From the IMG/VR virus record IMGVR_UViG_3300032236_001081, positions 1 to 64,000 of that record: a DNA stretch of 64,000 bases; one strand, written 5' to 3'. The notes beneath the pieces were generated by a model that saw only the letters and a list, made by a program, of their open reading frames with translations, was not told the DNA's origin and ran no database searches. The position numbers and the translations under genes were made by a program. This document shows positions 27,601 to 38,316 of this stretch, piece by piece; position 1 is the stretch's first letter, and each line of letters starts with the position of its first letter. This DNA comes from a virus.

Positions 27601-30600
27601 TTCATTTAATATACCAGTATTTGATGCAATAAGGTCTACCGATATTATTGATTTAAGACCAAGAGTTTCCGCATACTCAGGAAGTAAGTCTCCATTTGAA
27701 TTCAATTCAAGAGTATTTTCTTCAGAGAATGGGTCATCTCCCTATATCTTTGCTAAAGATAAAACAATAAACTTATCATATTCATATTATTTACCAAGAA
27801 TTGATAAATTATTTTTAACTAAAGATGGTGATTTTATTATCAATAGCGGAGTTCCTTCAATAACTCCAAAATTACCCAATACTTTAGATTCAGCACTAGA
27901 GGTTGCCACAATTTATTTACCTGCATATCTGTATAATGTAAATGATTGTAATATTATACTATCTCCACATAAGAGATATACTATGAAAGATATTTCTAAT
28001 ATAGATGATAGAGTATCAAATGTAGAGTATTATACTTCATTATCTTTGTTAGAGACTGATACAAAAAATTTAACTATTAGAGATTCTCAAACTAATTTAA
28101 ATAAATTTAAGTGTGGATTTTTTGTAGATAATTTTAAGAGCTTAGATGGTGGAGATTCTAAGAATATTAATTTTAAAGCAAGTATTGATTTAGAGAATGA
28201 GACATTAAGACCACAGCATTATACTACTTCTCTTGATTTATTACTCGGGTCTGAGTTAGTAAGTGGTACTGGTATAGTATATAACCCAGAGGCAGACCCT
28301 AGATATGTTAAAGATTTAGGTTCCCCAAATATTAAAAAGGTAGGTGATATAGTTTGTTTAAACTATAAAGATGTGGAATATGTTGCAAACAGATTCTCGT
28401 CTAGAGTTGAAAATGTAAATCCATTTAATGTTATCAATTGGTTCGGCTCTGTGGTATTACATCCATCTAGTGATAGTTGGTTTGAATCTAAACTCATCGG
28501 AAGTAATACAGTAAATGTGGAAGGTAATTATAATTCAACTATATCCCGATTAGGTGCAGACAGTAACACTGGACTTGCTCCGGCACAGTGGAACTCTTGG
28601 AATCAATCAACTACCACACTAGATGGTGGAGGTGGAAGAAGATTAGTATCAGATATAACAACTGTTAATAGAGCTGGAACTCAAGTTCAAGTAAAGGAGC
28701 AGTTCGTTGCAAATACTTCTACTAGTATAAATTCTCAGAGTATTATTCTTGGAATGAGGTCTAGAAATATTGAAGTTGTTGCAAAAAGATTAAAGCCAAA
28801 TACTAGATTCTATGGATTTTTTGATGGCAAAGATATGAATTCATACTTTATTCCAAAACTTTTGGAAATAAAGATGGTAAGTGGGACTTTCCAAGCAGGA
28901 GAAACTGTAACTGGAATATTGGGTGCTAAAAATATTTCATTCAGGCTTGCTTCTCAAAATCACAAATATGGTCCATATAATGCACCTACGGAAACTTATA
29001 AAACAAATTTATATCAAGCTACATCTGGACTATCTAGTGTTTATTCATCTACATCTACATTATTGAATGTAGATACATTTAGTTTACAATTGAAATCTAC
29101 TTCACAATTTTATGGTTGTGTTTCTATTGGTATGCAACTAGTTGGAGGAACAAGTGGAGCTATAGCTACCATTTCAGATTTAAGATTAATTTCAGATTCT
29201 AGTGGTACTTTAATTGCATCTCTCTTTATTCCTGATTCTAATCTACCCTCTACTCCAACTTTCTCTACTGGAAGTAAGACATTAACGCTAACTAGTAGCT
29301 CATCAAATTCTCAAATTGCTGGAATTTCTGATAGTTCTGCAGATGCAGTATTTACTTCAAGTGGAACTTTAAATAACACTCAAGAAACGACTCTTAGAAT
29401 TAGAAATGCAACAACCACAACAAATAACATTTTTGATTCTAATACTACAACTACGCAGAGATGGGTAGACCCTCTAGCACAATCGTTTGAAGTAGCAGAT
29501 ACTAATGGGGTATTCATTACAAAATGTGATATATTCTTCCGTTCAAAAGATACTAATAATATTCCAGTTACCTTGCAGATTAGAACTATGCAAAATGGAA
29601 CTCCTACTCAACAGATTTTGCCATTTGCTGAAACTGTTATGGAGGCAAAAGATGTAAATATCTCGGAAGATGGAACAGTTCCTACTACTTTTGTATTCCC
29701 TTCTCCAATATATTTAGAACAAACAGGTAGTGGATATGCATTAGCATTAGTCTCAGCATCTGATTCTTATACTGTTTGGATTTCCAGAATGGGAGAGACT
29801 GATGTTTCTACTATTAACAAGCCAGATTCTGAAAAAATTATAATCTCTCAACAGCCAAGCCTTGGGTCCCTATTTAAGTCTCAGAATGGTTCTACTTGGG
29901 AACCAAGTCAATTAGAAGACTTAAAATTTGTATTATATAGAGCTGACTTTAATACTTCAGGTACTGTAAGATTTTATAATCCAGAGTTAAATATTGGAAA
30001 TCATCAAATAGTATCACTGTCTTCTAATCCAATTTCTGCATATTCTCAATCTGCTATTGTAGGGTTAGGTAATAGTTTAACTTCAACTGATATTTCAAAG
30101 CTAAAAGTTGGTGTAGGAATTACTCAATTAAATAATCCTTACTTCTCAGGTAGATTAGTTTCTATATTAGGGGCTATCGGAATAGGAAGTACATTATCCA
30201 TAAATAATTCTGGGAATGGTTTTACTACCTCTACAACTTATTCAAATGTAGACATAGTAAATATCACAGGAAATGGAAGTGGAGCAAAGGCAACTCTGGT
30301 CACTAATGCTTCCGGTATTGTAAGTTCAGTTACAGTAAATTCAGGTGGTTTTGGATATGCTATCGGAGATACATTAACTATAGACTATAATGACACTAAT
30401 AATTTTGGTAAGAATTTAGTTCTCAGTATACCTAATAATGTAGGAATTATCTCTGCATTTAACTCAATTAGAATTGATAATATTCAAGGAACTGTTGATA
30501 ATAATACTAATGTATCCGTAGATTATATTATTTCCAATGGAATTACAATTACAAATGCATATGTAAGTTCATATTCTCCAATCAATAATGGAACCTATCT

Positions 30601-31951
30601 AAAAGTATCACATTCAAATCACGGAATGTATTCGGAAAATTCTATTGTTTCTTTAAGTGGAATAGAATCTGATGTCCCTCCAGCTATTCTTTCTACTGAA
30701 TATTCTTCATCATCAAATGCAGATATTAAATTATCTAATGTAAGTAGTTTTACTACTTTTGAAAATATTTCAGTTGGGCCAGGAAATCCTGGTTATATTT
30801 TGATGGGTGATGAAATTATTAAATATACTAGCGTTGATACTAATACCAATACTCTTGGGGGAATACTTAGAGCCATAGATTCTACTAAATTAAATTTACA
30901 TAAACAAAATGATTTGGTATTTAAATATGAATTTAATGGAATATCATTAAGAAGAATTAATAAAACTCATACTATACAAGCTCCTATTGAAATTGATAGT
31001 TATCATATTCATCTTGATATGGCTTCAGGTGGAGTTAATAGGACATTAGATAATAATATTACAGGTCCTAAACTATTCTTCAATTCTACAAAATCAGGCG
31101 GGTCTTATCTCTATACAATTCCACAAACTGATTCATTAGTTGGACCAAAGGCAACTCAAAATATTGCTTTCAATGTAGCAAAACCAAATGTTCAGACATT
31201 ACTGCCAAATTCCACTAATATTGAAAGTAGAATTAGAACCTTCTCTGGGACTAGTGTAAGTGGAAATGAAGTTCCATATATTGATAATGGATATGAAAAT
31301 ATTTCCTTAAATTCTAACAACTATCTTTCTAGCACTAGAATCATTTGCTCTAAAGTAAATGAAGAAGCTAGACTTGTAGATTTCCCAGGTAAAAAGTCTC
31401 TTACATTGGAAATGGTGTTATCAACTAAGGATTCTAAAGTATCACCGATGATTGACTTAGACCGAGTTAATTTGATTACAGTAATGAATCGTATTGATAA
31501 TCCAGTATCTGATTTTACACTTGACGCAAGAGTAAATGGAATTGACACAGACCCGAATTCTGCAATTTATATTTCTAAGCAAGTAACTCTTGCAAAATCT
31601 GCAGATAGTCTAAAGGTTCTATTAGATGCATATAGGCACTCTAGTAATGAAATTAAAGTTATGTATAGATTATTCAGAAATGATAGCCCAAATGAAGAAC
31701 AAAATTATGAGTTATTCCCAGGATATACCAACTTAGATGAGAATGGTAATGTTATAAATTATTCCAAAAATACTGGAAATGCTGATACTTTTGTATCGCC
31801 TTCAGTTAATTCTAATGATTTTAGAGGTTATGAATATACTGCTTCTAATTTACCAGTGTTTAATGGATTCCAAATTAAAATTATAATGACTGGAACCAAT
31901 CAATCATTTGTCCCCGAAATTAAAAATCTGAGGGCAATAGCAACACTATGA
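24674..31951 (+). CDS. Large virion structural protein (VrlC/DUF4815-like), 2425 aa
   Basis: PYYDDFD...VLFKPG..IQARE.T.LQS.LQ.QI, ARRTYDESGDY, DPLAQSF, SLFKSQNGSTW. Confidence 0.85.
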   Translation: MAQNTNLNIFPYYDDFDPLKNYYKVLFKPGVSIQAREITTLQSILQNQIERFGNHFFKEGSVVIPGQIAYDFNYTCVEINDSHLGIPVSAYIDKLVGKLIQGETSGIKAKIDNYITNVDSDRSNYTLYIKYQSSDTTNFKLSKFNDTENLIVLEDVDYSLSSLRANSTFATTISSESTSVGTAAKIAKGIYFIRGYFVEVSSQTVILDQYTNTPSYRIGLSIQEDFAVASNEYDDLFDNAQGFSNYTSSGADRLVINTTLIKKSLNDFNDENFIELLRVRNGIVEKITKTTTNNLLTEELARRTYDESGDYYVKPFKVALNESLNNKIGNNGIYNLGQQTKSGGSPSDDLACLSIDVGKAYVRGYEVEPPTASQIDINKPRQTATAVNESVPFSIGKQIILNNVYGSIPVGINTTSIVKLYSDRTSSAGSPSGTEIGVARVYDFKLKNSEYVDKSTKFECSLYDIQTYTNITLNSNISSITTPAFIEGKNGGASGYLVSNVTDSNAVSLYQVSGTFLIGEQIKINGIDDTRTIRTVRDYSISDIHQLYQTGFTADVLLSKVVILGSSSSFSISDGTSGISTVTSSNQNFYSGINVGDIVSYTIGNSKLSTYSKVSTISSTLKSITIVPTVDVPNVCLGSLPTTVSTVNDFKKITLELLNTPNAYLYSELHNKNISNLNLKSSDVIIKKSYNIAPNSLTSGSYSVTLESNPDLTLEPFDEEDYTLTFSNGVIVSLDNQKLIPNNKTITIQGIPSGNANAATLTVTFKKVNTKTRKKIYNPCSTLIINKTSSGVSTSTNGLTLSNVYGLRVEDKEISLNIPDVESVLAIYESSTTNEPELPSITLTDLNSSILNSSIGEKIIGTTSNAVATLVSITSNKVNLVYLNENKFVANEEVTFQVSNIKATVFSVALGDKNIRNSYVFDNGYRKEFLDFSRIIRNSNAESPTRKLKIVYNNYTIKSDDDGDFVGVNSYDKDRYSFNIPVFDAIRSTDIIDLRPRVSAYSGSKSPFEFNSRVFSSENGSSPYIFAKDKTINLSYSYYLPRIDKLFLTKDGDFIINSGVPSITPKLPNTLDSALEVATIYLPAYLYNVNDCNIILSPHKRYTMKDISNIDDRVSNVEYYTSLSLLETDTKNLTIRDSQTNLNKFKCGFFVDNFKSLDGGDSKNINFKASIDLENETLRPQHYTTSLDLLLGSELVSGTGIVYNPEADPRYVKDLGSPNIKKVGDIVCLNYKDVEYVANRFSSRVENVNPFNVINWFGSVVLHPSSDSWFESKLIGSNTVNVEGNYNSTISRLGADSNTGLAPAQWNSWNQSTTTLDGGGGRRLVSDITTVNRAGTQVQVKEQFVANTSTSINSQSIILGMRSRNIEVVAKRLKPNTRFYGFFDGKDMNSYFIPKLLEIKMVSGTFQAGETVTGILGAKNISFRLASQNHKYGPYNAPTETYKTNLYQATSGLSSVYSSTSTLLNVDTFSLQLKSTSQFYGCVSIGMQLVGGTSGAIATISDLRLISDSSGTLIASLFIPDSNLPSTPTFSTGSKTLTLTSSSSNSQIAGISDSSADAVFTSSGTLNNTQETTLRIRNATTTTNNIFDSNTTTTQRWVDPLAQSFEVADTNGVFITKCDIFFRSKDTNNIPVTLQIRTMQNGTPTQQILPFAETVMEAKDVNISEDGTVPTTFVFPSPIYLEQTGSGYALALVSASDSYTVWISRMGETDVSTINKPDSEKIIISQQPSLGSLFKSQNGSTWEPSQLEDLKFVLYRADFNTSGTVRFYNPELNIGNHQIVSLSSNPISAYSQSAIVGLGNSLTSTDISKLKVGVGITQLNNPYFSGRLVSILGAIGIGSTLSINNSGNGFTTSTTYSNVDIVNITGNGSGAKATLVTNASGIVSSVTVNSGGFGYAIGDTLTIDYNDTNNFGKNLVLSIPNNVGIISAFNSIRIDNIQGTVDNNTNVSVDYIISNGITITNAYVSSYSPINNGTYLKVSHSNHGMYSENSIVSLSGIESDVPPAILSTEYSSSSNADIKLSNVSSFTTFENISVGPGNPGYILMGDEIIKYTSVDTNTNTLGGILRAIDSTKLNLHKQNDLVFKYEFNGISLRRINKTHTIQAPIEIDSYHIHLDMASGGVNRTLDNNITGPKLFFNSTKSGGSYLYTIPQTDSLVGPKATQNIAFNVAKPNVQTLLPNSTNIESRIRTFSGTSVSGNEVPYIDNGYENISLNSNNYLSSTRIICSKVNEEARLVDFPGKKSLTLEMVLSTKDSKVSPMIDLDRVNLITVMNRIDNPVSDFTLDARVNGIDTDPNSAIYISKQVTLAKSADSLKVLLDAYRHSSNEIKVMYRLFRNDSPNEEQNYELFPGYTNLDENGNVINYSKNTGNADTFVSPSVNSNDFRGYEYTASNLPVFNGFQIKIIMTGTNQSFVPEIKNLRAIATL

Positions 31952-32139
31952 TACCAGTAAAGGGGCATAGTGAACTTTACCGAGATGAAAATAGCAATGC
32001 AATTTTAAATTGCAGTGATATAGAATATAATGAATATCTAAAAGTTAAGAATATTATTATAAATCAAAAAACTGAAATTGATACTATCAAAAAAGATATT
32101 GAAGAAATTAAATTACTTTTATATTCTTTAGCCAATTAA
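31948..32139 (+). CDS. Small conserved structural-module protein
   Basis: V.GH..LYRD..S.AI.N plus coiled coil; ATGA overlap. Confidence 0.75.
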   Translation: MIPVKGHSELYRDENSNAILNCSDIEYNEYLKVKNIIINQKTEIDTIKKDIEEIKLLLYSLAN

Positions 32140-32184
32140 CATACTTATAAATATAAAAAAAGGGATTTTTAAATCGGTAATCCT

Positions 32185-32751
32185 ATGCTTACATACGTAT
32201 CCAATATAACAATTCCGGCAGGAACTGATTATAGTTCTACATTTGTTTATATAGACCCAATTAGTAAGTCTCCTGTTAATTTTACAGGATATTATGCTAG
32301 GGCTATGTTGAAAAAAAATCCATACTCCTTAACGTTTACAGCAGAATTTGAAGTAACAATTAATAATACTGAGATTACTTTATTTTTACCTTCAACTATT
32401 ACATCTGGACTTAGAAACGGAAGATATTCATATGATATTGTAGTAAATGATGGTATTACTATAAGCAGAATTTTTGAAGGAAGTGCAATTGTGAGTGGTT
32501 CAGTGACTACTAACCCAACTCCACCTCCGATAATTCCAAGCATTGATATTACAGATATGAAAGATAAGTATGTATTAATGTATGATGATACTATTAAAAA
32601 ACTTAAATTTGTCAATCCAGATGAAGTCTTGAATGCAGCCGCAGAAACTGAAACTACTCAGCCAGGTTTAGTTGGTTTTGCAACAGCATTTTTAAATGAA
32701 TTAGATGTCGATTTAGATAATAGAATTGATATGGATGCTGGGCAATTTTAA
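32185..32751 (+). CDS. Virion structural protein (Ig-like N-terminal domain)
   Basis: NFTGY.A...L..GRY.YD....RI.EG; ends DAGQF; TATAAATA at 32146. Confidence 0.7.
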   Translation: MLTYVSNITIPAGTDYSSTFVYIDPISKSPVNFTGYYARAMLKKNPYSLTFTAEFEVTINNTEITLFLPSTITSGLRNGRYSYDIVVNDGITISRIFEGSAIVSGSVTTNPTPPPIIPSIDITDMKDKYVLMYDDTIKKLKFVNPDEVLNAAAETETTQPGLVGFATAFLNELDVDLDNRIDMDAGQF

Positions 32752-32845
32752 AATATAAATAATAGTGTTTGAATAGACGATGATAATAATTTATTGTGTA
32801 TTTGATTTTTTGTAATTTACTAGTACTTTACACTTTTTAACAAAT

Positions 32846-34324
32846 ATGGCATCCCCAACAATTCAATTTAAGAGAGGTCTAGTTCAGAATCTTCCTGCCC
32901 TTCGTGCAGGAGAACCTGGATTTGCGACCGACAGATCAGATTTTTATGTAGGTCTTAATAGCACCACCGAAGGAAATAAGTTTTTTGGTTCAAGTAGATA
33001 TTGGATTAGAGAAGACGGAACTAATTCACTTAAGTTAAACCTTGTAGATAAAAGTGGCAATAATGGAGTAAGATTAGCGGCTCCTGATACCCTTTCCGGT
33101 ATTACCACCTATACTCTTCCTGCAACTCCAACTGCTGGATATTTCCTGAAGACAGATGCAAACGGTGTACTTTCGTGGACTAGCGTAACTGCAGGTGCAA
33201 CTTTTGAAAATGCAGTTCTGACTGGTGTTACCACCATCACAAATGCTGTTATCCAAAGTGGTTCAATTAATGGCACAACTGTTGGTTTAACTACAGCAGC
33301 TGCCGCTCAGTTCACTACACTTGGTGCAGATTCACTGAATGTTAGCGGTATTGCTACCGTTGGTTCACTCAGCATCGGTTCAACTCAAGTTGTAAGCAGT
33401 GCTTTCCAACTTAAGAATATTGCATCATTAGACGCAACAACAACAGCAACTATTGAAGCTGCTATTGCAAATGCTCCTAATACTTTCACTGATCTTTCAG
33501 TTACTGGTATTTCAACATTTACTGGCATAGTAAATGCAGGAAATATCAATGCTACTGGCATTGTTACCGCAAGCAGCTTCGTTGGAAATGGTGCTAGTGT
33601 AACTAATCTTACATATAGCAATATCACAGGAGTTTCTACTGCTGTTCGTAATGAAGTTTCTGCTACCAGTTCAGACCTAGGCTCTTTAGTCTATACTGCT
33701 GCTACTGGAGTATTTGCATATACTGGAGTTACTACTAGTCAGATTAGAGACCAGTTCTCTGCTGGTACTGGTGTTTCTTACTCTAGTGGTGAATTCAGCA
33801 TCGGTCAAGATGTTGCAACTACTTCTGACGTAACTTTCAATTCAGTTTCAACTGGAGAAGTTAAGGCAAATGATGGTGCTTCAGCTATTACTATTACTGA
33901 TGTTACTGGTGCAGTTGGAGTTTCTAGTGACCTTACCATTTCTGGTAATCTTTATGTAAATGGAACCACAACTCAGGTAAATACAACTTCATTAACAGTT
34001 GAAGATACCCTGGTTGAACTGGGTATGGTTGATGGCAATGCGCCTGCGTCCGACTTAAATAAGGACCTTGGATTACTTCTTAACTACTTCTCTGGTAGTG
34101 CTAAGAAGGCTGCAGTCTATTGGGATGACAGTGTATCTAGAATTGCTATTGCATCGGAAGTTTCCGAAGCAGCAAGCGTTCTAACTGCTGCTGCATATGC
34201 TGCACTTGAAGTCGGTTCACTTTATATCAACAATGCTTGTACTGGAGGAGTGCAAGAGGTTATTGGTTGTACTGCTGGTCAATTGACCCTTTCCAACATT
34301 GTAGTTGACGGTGGTTCTTTCTGA
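32846..34324 (+). CDS. Fibre-like virion protein
   Basis: IQFKRG...L..GEP N-terminus, GNLYVNGTTTQVNTT..VED, ends DGGSF; TATAAATA at 32754. Confidence 0.75.
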   Translation: MASPTIQFKRGLVQNLPALRAGEPGFATDRSDFYVGLNSTTEGNKFFGSSRYWIREDGTNSLKLNLVDKSGNNGVRLAAPDTLSGITTYTLPATPTAGYFLKTDANGVLSWTSVTAGATFENAVLTGVTTITNAVIQSGSINGTTVGLTTAAAAQFTTLGADSLNVSGIATVGSLSIGSTQVVSSAFQLKNIASLDATTTATIEAAIANAPNTFTDLSVTGISTFTGIVNAGNINATGIVTASSFVGNGASVTNLTYSNITGVSTAVRNEVSATSSDLGSLVYTAATGVFAYTGVTTSQIRDQFSAGTGVSYSSGEFSIGQDVATTSDVTFNSVSTGEVKANDGASAITITDVTGAVGVSSDLTISGNLYVNGTTTQVNTTSLTVEDTLVELGMVDGNAPASDLNKDLGLLLNYFSGSAKKAAVYWDDSVSRIAIASEVSEAASVLTAAAYAALEVGSLYINNACTGGVQEVIGCTAGQLTLSNIVVDGGSF

Positions 34325-34352
34325 TAAGACCTCCACATTAACTTAATAAATA

Positions 34353-34377
34353 GGGGAGAGTAATCTCCCCTTTTTTT
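34353..34377 (+). terminator. Intrinsic terminator
   Basis: GGGGAGA-GTAA-TCTCCCC followed by T7. Confidence 0.85.
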
Positions 34378-34590
34378 ATGACAGAACAAGAACTTAAGAA
34401 TTTAATTGGAATTTATCAACAAAAAACTACAGATTTGATGTCGCAATGTGTGGCACTAGAAGCTCAACTTATGAATTCAAATCAAGTCATTGAATTACTT
34501 ACCAATAGAGTAAATGAATTAAAAGAGGAAAATAAAATATTAAGTGCTCCAAAAACAAGAAAGACTAAAGTTAAAGAAGATTTTACTTAA
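34378..34590 (+). CDS. Small coiled-coil protein
   Basis: Heptad pattern; lies before g13. Confidence 0.65.
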   Translation: MTEQELKNLIGIYQQKTTDLMSQCVALEAQLMNSNQVIELLTNRVNELKEENKILSAPKTRKTKVKEDFT

Positions 34591-34628
34591 TAATATAAAT
34601 ACTAACAGGATTTCAATTAGCGACAATA

Positions 34629-35444
34629 ATGTCTAAACCAAGTTCAAGAGAAGAGTTAATTGAATACTGTCTAAGACAGTTAGGATATCCGGTCTTAGAA
34701 ATTAATGTGGAGGATGATCAGTTAGATGATAGATTGGATGATGCCTTACAATATTTCCAAGAAAGACATTTTGATGGAATTGAAAGATGTTTTTTAAAAC
34801 ATAAACTATTGTCTGGAGAAAGAGCAATAATTACAAAGAGCCCAAAGTATACTACAGGAAGAGCAGATGAGGGGATAACCACTGCATTAATTGAAGAGGC
34901 GCAAAATTTTATTCCACTTCCAGATACTGTTATTGGGGTTAATAGTGTGTTCAAATCTGATTCAAATACTATTACCAGTGGAATGTTTAATGTTAAATAT
35001 CAAATATTTTTAAATGACTTATATAATTATGGGGCATTAGACCTATTAAATTATGCTATGACTAAAACATATCTAGAAGATATTAGTCGTATTATTACTC
35101 CAGATGTGCAGTTAAGATTTAATAAGAAGCAGCATAGATTATATTTAGATATTGATTGGCAAATGGTAGATATTAATTCATATATCATTTTAGATTGCTA
35201 CCGAATTGTAGACCCAGAGCAATTTACATCAATATATAATGATTACTGGATTAAAAGATACTTAACAGCTACTATTAAAAAGCAGTGGGGACAAAATTTA
35301 ATCAAATTTAATGGAGTTCAACTCCCCGGTGGAATTTCATTTAATGGAAGACAAATCTTTGATGATGCAGTAAGAGAAATTGAAGAAATTGAGAAGCAAT
35401 TAAGGGATGAATATGAATTGCCACCACTAGGACTAATTGGATAA
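34629..35444 (+). CDS. g13: Neck protein gp13
   Basis: YCLR.LG.PV.EINV..DQ; KKQWGQNL.KF.GVQLPGG. Confidence 0.95.
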   Translation: MSKPSSREELIEYCLRQLGYPVLEINVEDDQLDDRLDDALQYFQERHFDGIERCFLKHKLLSGERAIITKSPKYTTGRADEGITTALIEEAQNFIPLPDTVIGVNSVFKSDSNTITSGMFNVKYQIFLNDLYNYGALDLLNYAMTKTYLEDISRIITPDVQLRFNKKQHRLYLDIDWQMVDINSYIILDCYRIVDPEQFTSIYNDYWIKRYLTATIKKQWGQNLIKFNGVQLPGGISFNGRQIFDDAVREIEEIEKQLRDEYELPPLGLIG

Positions 35445-35453
35445 GGATATAAT

Positions 35454-36815
35454 ATGACACTTAATTCTTATTTTTTAAATGGTTCTAATTCAGAACAAAA
35501 GTTAGTTCAAGATTTAATAAATGAACAGATAAGAATGTATGGGCAAGATGTATATTATATGCCCAGAAAATTTATAAAAGAAAATAAAGTAGTAAGAGAG
35601 GTAATTTTATCAAAATTTGATGAAAGTTTTATAATTGAAGCTTATATTTCAACTGTAGATGGATTTGGAGGACAGGGGGATATTTTAAGTAAATTTGGCG
35701 TTAGAAGCACAGATGAGATAACTTTTATTATATCAAAGGAAAGATATCAAAGTCTTATAACTCCATTTATATTGGATGACCCTAGGGTAAAAGTAGTAGA
35801 GAGACCCCAAGAAGGAGATTTAATTTTTTTACCTTTAGATAATGCTTTGTTTGAAATTAAGTATGTAGAAGGAAAGAGACCATTCTATCAACTTAATGAC
35901 CTTTACATCTATGAACTTAGATGTGAACTTTATGAATATGAGGATGAAATTATTAGCACTGGAGTAGATGCAGTTGATAAAAATATTCAAGATTTTAAAT
36001 ATGTAACTACAATAACTATGGTAGATAATTCCGCATCTAGCGCAGTTTTGGGAATTGGATTGACTCAAAATAAATCAGTACAATATGTGGATATTATTAA
36101 TGGTGGATATGGATATAAATCAACCCCTTCTGTTAAATTTACTAAAGCTCCTTCAGGAGGAGTAACTGCAACCGCTGTTGCAATATTACAAAATCAAGGA
36201 AATAATTCTACTGTAGACAGTATCTTAATCACAAATCCAGGAGCAGGATATACTATTCCTCCTAATGTAAGTATAGTCTCATCATCTGGTTCAGGTTTTA
36301 TAGGAACTTCAATAATTTCTAGTGGAGTATTAGGTCCTATCAGAATAATTAATGGTGGATATAATTATCCTACACCACCAAATATATCAATTTCTACATC
36401 ACCTACAGGTCAAAATGCACAAGCTATTCCAGTATTAAATACTTTAGGAATAGTAACTTCAATTAGATTTGTAAATGCGGGAGCTGGATATACTCAAACT
36501 CCAACAATACAAATAGATAGCCCAGTTGGAATTTATACTGGAAATTATCTTTATGATGAAATAGTAAAAGGTGTATCTACAGGAACTAGTGCATATGTTA
36601 AGGATTGGAATTATGATACTAGAATATTAAAAGTATCCACAATCAACGGAGATTATGAATTAGGTGAGATAGTAGTTGGAGCTGGAGCAAGCTACAGAAT
36701 ATTCTCTATGAATAATGATGATTTAAATAATCCATATGCAGATAATGATACTATACAAGAACAAGCAGATATGATATTAGATTTTGATGAAAAAAATCCC
36801 TTTGGAGATTTTTAA
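35454..36815 (+). CDS. g14: Neck protein gp14 with inserted repeat domains
   Basis: EQ.L.QDL..EQI.MYG.DV.Y.PR, P.EGDLI, PFYQL, F.E.NPFG. Confidence 0.93.
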   Translation: MTLNSYFLNGSNSEQKLVQDLINEQIRMYGQDVYYMPRKFIKENKVVREVILSKFDESFIIEAYISTVDGFGGQGDILSKFGVRSTDEITFIISKERYQSLITPFILDDPRVKVVERPQEGDLIFLPLDNALFEIKYVEGKRPFYQLNDLYIYELRCELYEYEDEIISTGVDAVDKNIQDFKYVTTITMVDNSASSAVLGIGLTQNKSVQYVDIINGGYGYKSTPSVKFTKAPSGGVTATAVAILQNQGNNSTVDSILITNPGAGYTIPPNVSIVSSSGSGFIGTSIISSGVLGPIRIINGGYNYPTPPNISISTSPTGQNAQAIPVLNTLGIVTSIRFVNAGAGYTQTPTIQIDSPVGIYTGNYLYDEIVKGVSTGTSAYVKDWNYDTRILKVSTINGDYELGEIVVGAGASYRIFSMNNDDLNNPYADNDTIQEQADMILDFDEKNPFGDF

Positions 36816-36844
36816 TCTAAATAAATATAGAACTCTAATTAAAA

Positions 36845-37897
36845 ATGTTTGAAAACTCTTCATATCATCAAATTATCCGAAAGACGATAATCTCTTTCGG
36901 AACACTTTTTAATAACATTTATATTCATCACAGAGATGAAAATGCAGAAGATGTTAGTGTAATTAAAGTTCCCATTAGATATGGTCCTATTCAAAAATTT
37001 CTGGCAAGATTGGAAGAAAAGCCAGATTTAAGAAAAAGGCAGGCAATAACCTTACCTAGAATGTCTTACGAAATCGGAAAATTATCGTATGATAGTTCTC
37101 GTAAAACTTCAAAAATGCAAACATTTAATGCAGTTACAACTGGAAAAACTCCAGCTAAATTGTATATGCCTGTTCCCTATAATTTGCCAATTGAATTATC
37201 TATCATTACAAAGTTTAATGATGATATGTTTGAGATTATAGAACAGATACTACCTTATTTTACTCCGGAATTAAATGTCACTATAGATTTAATTAAAGAG
37301 ATTGGTGAAAAGAGAGATATTCCAATTGTATTAAATGATGTCTCTGCGCTTCAAGATGATTATGAGGGGAATTATCAAACTCGTAGAAATTTAATATGCA
37401 CTCTGAGTTTTACTGCTAAAATATATCTATTTGGCCCAATCCCATCTGACAATAATGGAAATATAATCAAGAAAGTTCAAGTAGATTATCACACTGGAAC
37501 AAATGTTAAAAACTCATCTAGGCAGTTAAGATATATTGCTACTCCTAGGGCAATTAGAGATTATAATAACGACCAGACTACTACATTGGCACAAGACATA
37601 GATGAAACTAAATTATCATTTAATGTTTCTGATGCTACTTCATTAATTCCTAATACTTATATTTCAATAGGTAATGAAGAAATGCTGATTAAGGATATCT
37701 CAGGTAATACTCTTGTGGTAGTCAGAGGAGCTGATGGAACCCTCCTTAGCACTCACGAAGAAGGTTCTGCGGTTAATGTTATAACTACAGCAGATGATGA
37801 GTTGATACCACCTACAGATGATTATGAATTTAATGAAGAAACTTTTGATTTTGGTGATGGAAAAATTTATAGTCCTAGAAAGGGTATGGATGTATGA
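36845..37897 (+). CDS. g15: Tail sheath stabiliser / terminator gp15
   Basis: FGTLFNNI, VPI.YGP.QKFLAR, LPRMS.E, EQILPYF.P. Confidence 0.93.
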   Translation: MFENSSYHQIIRKTIISFGTLFNNIYIHHRDENAEDVSVIKVPIRYGPIQKFLARLEEKPDLRKRQAITLPRMSYEIGKLSYDSSRKTSKMQTFNAVTTGKTPAKLYMPVPYNLPIELSIITKFNDDMFEIIEQILPYFTPELNVTIDLIKEIGEKRDIPIVLNDVSALQDDYEGNYQTRRNLICTLSFTAKIYLFGPIPSDNNGNIIKKVQVDYHTGTNVKNSSRQLRYIATPRAIRDYNNDQTTTLAQDIDETKLSFNVSDATSLIPNTYISIGNEEMLIKDISGNTLVVVRGADGTLLSTHEEGSAVNVITTADDELIPPTDDYEFNEETFDFGDGKIYSPRKGMDV

Positions 37898-38316
37898 ATA
37901 ATAATTTTGATAAAATAGACGAAGTTTTAGATATCAATGCGAAAGAATTATCTAAAGAGATAATTAAAAAGGAAAAAGTAGAATTAACAAAACCAATAGA
38001 AGGAACTATTGATAATGATGAAAAGTATACTCGTGATAATTTATATGAGTTAATGGAAATGGGGCAACACGCTGCATATGAAATGTTTGAGATAGCAAAG
38101 GAAACTCAAAAAGCAAGAGATTTTGAAGTTGTCGGTCAACTATTAAAAACAGTTGGAGATATTTCTGATAAATTACTAGATAATCAACAAAAAATGAAGA
38201 AGTTGAAGGAAGATGAGAGTAAAACAAATATTACTAACAATACTACAAATGCACTATTTGTCGGTTCTACTGCAGACCTTCAAAAATTCTTAAAAAATAG
38301 TATGAAAGATAAATAG
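37894..38316 (+). CDS. g16: Terminase small subunit gp16
   Basis: Y.R.NLY.L...G, R..EV, NALFVGST.DLQK.L. Confidence 0.92.
   Translation: MNNNFDKIDEVLDINAKELSKEIIKKEKVELTKPIEGTIDNDEKYTRDNLYELMEMGQHAAYEMFEIAKETQKARDFEVVGQLLKTVGDISDKLLDNQQKMKKLKEDESKTNITNNTTNALFVGSTADLQKFLKNSMKDK

Noticed and set aside
24674-34629. Absence of recognisable g9-g12/wac here and g24 after g23 as a novelty
   Set aside because: This is the usual gene order in T4-like cyanophages
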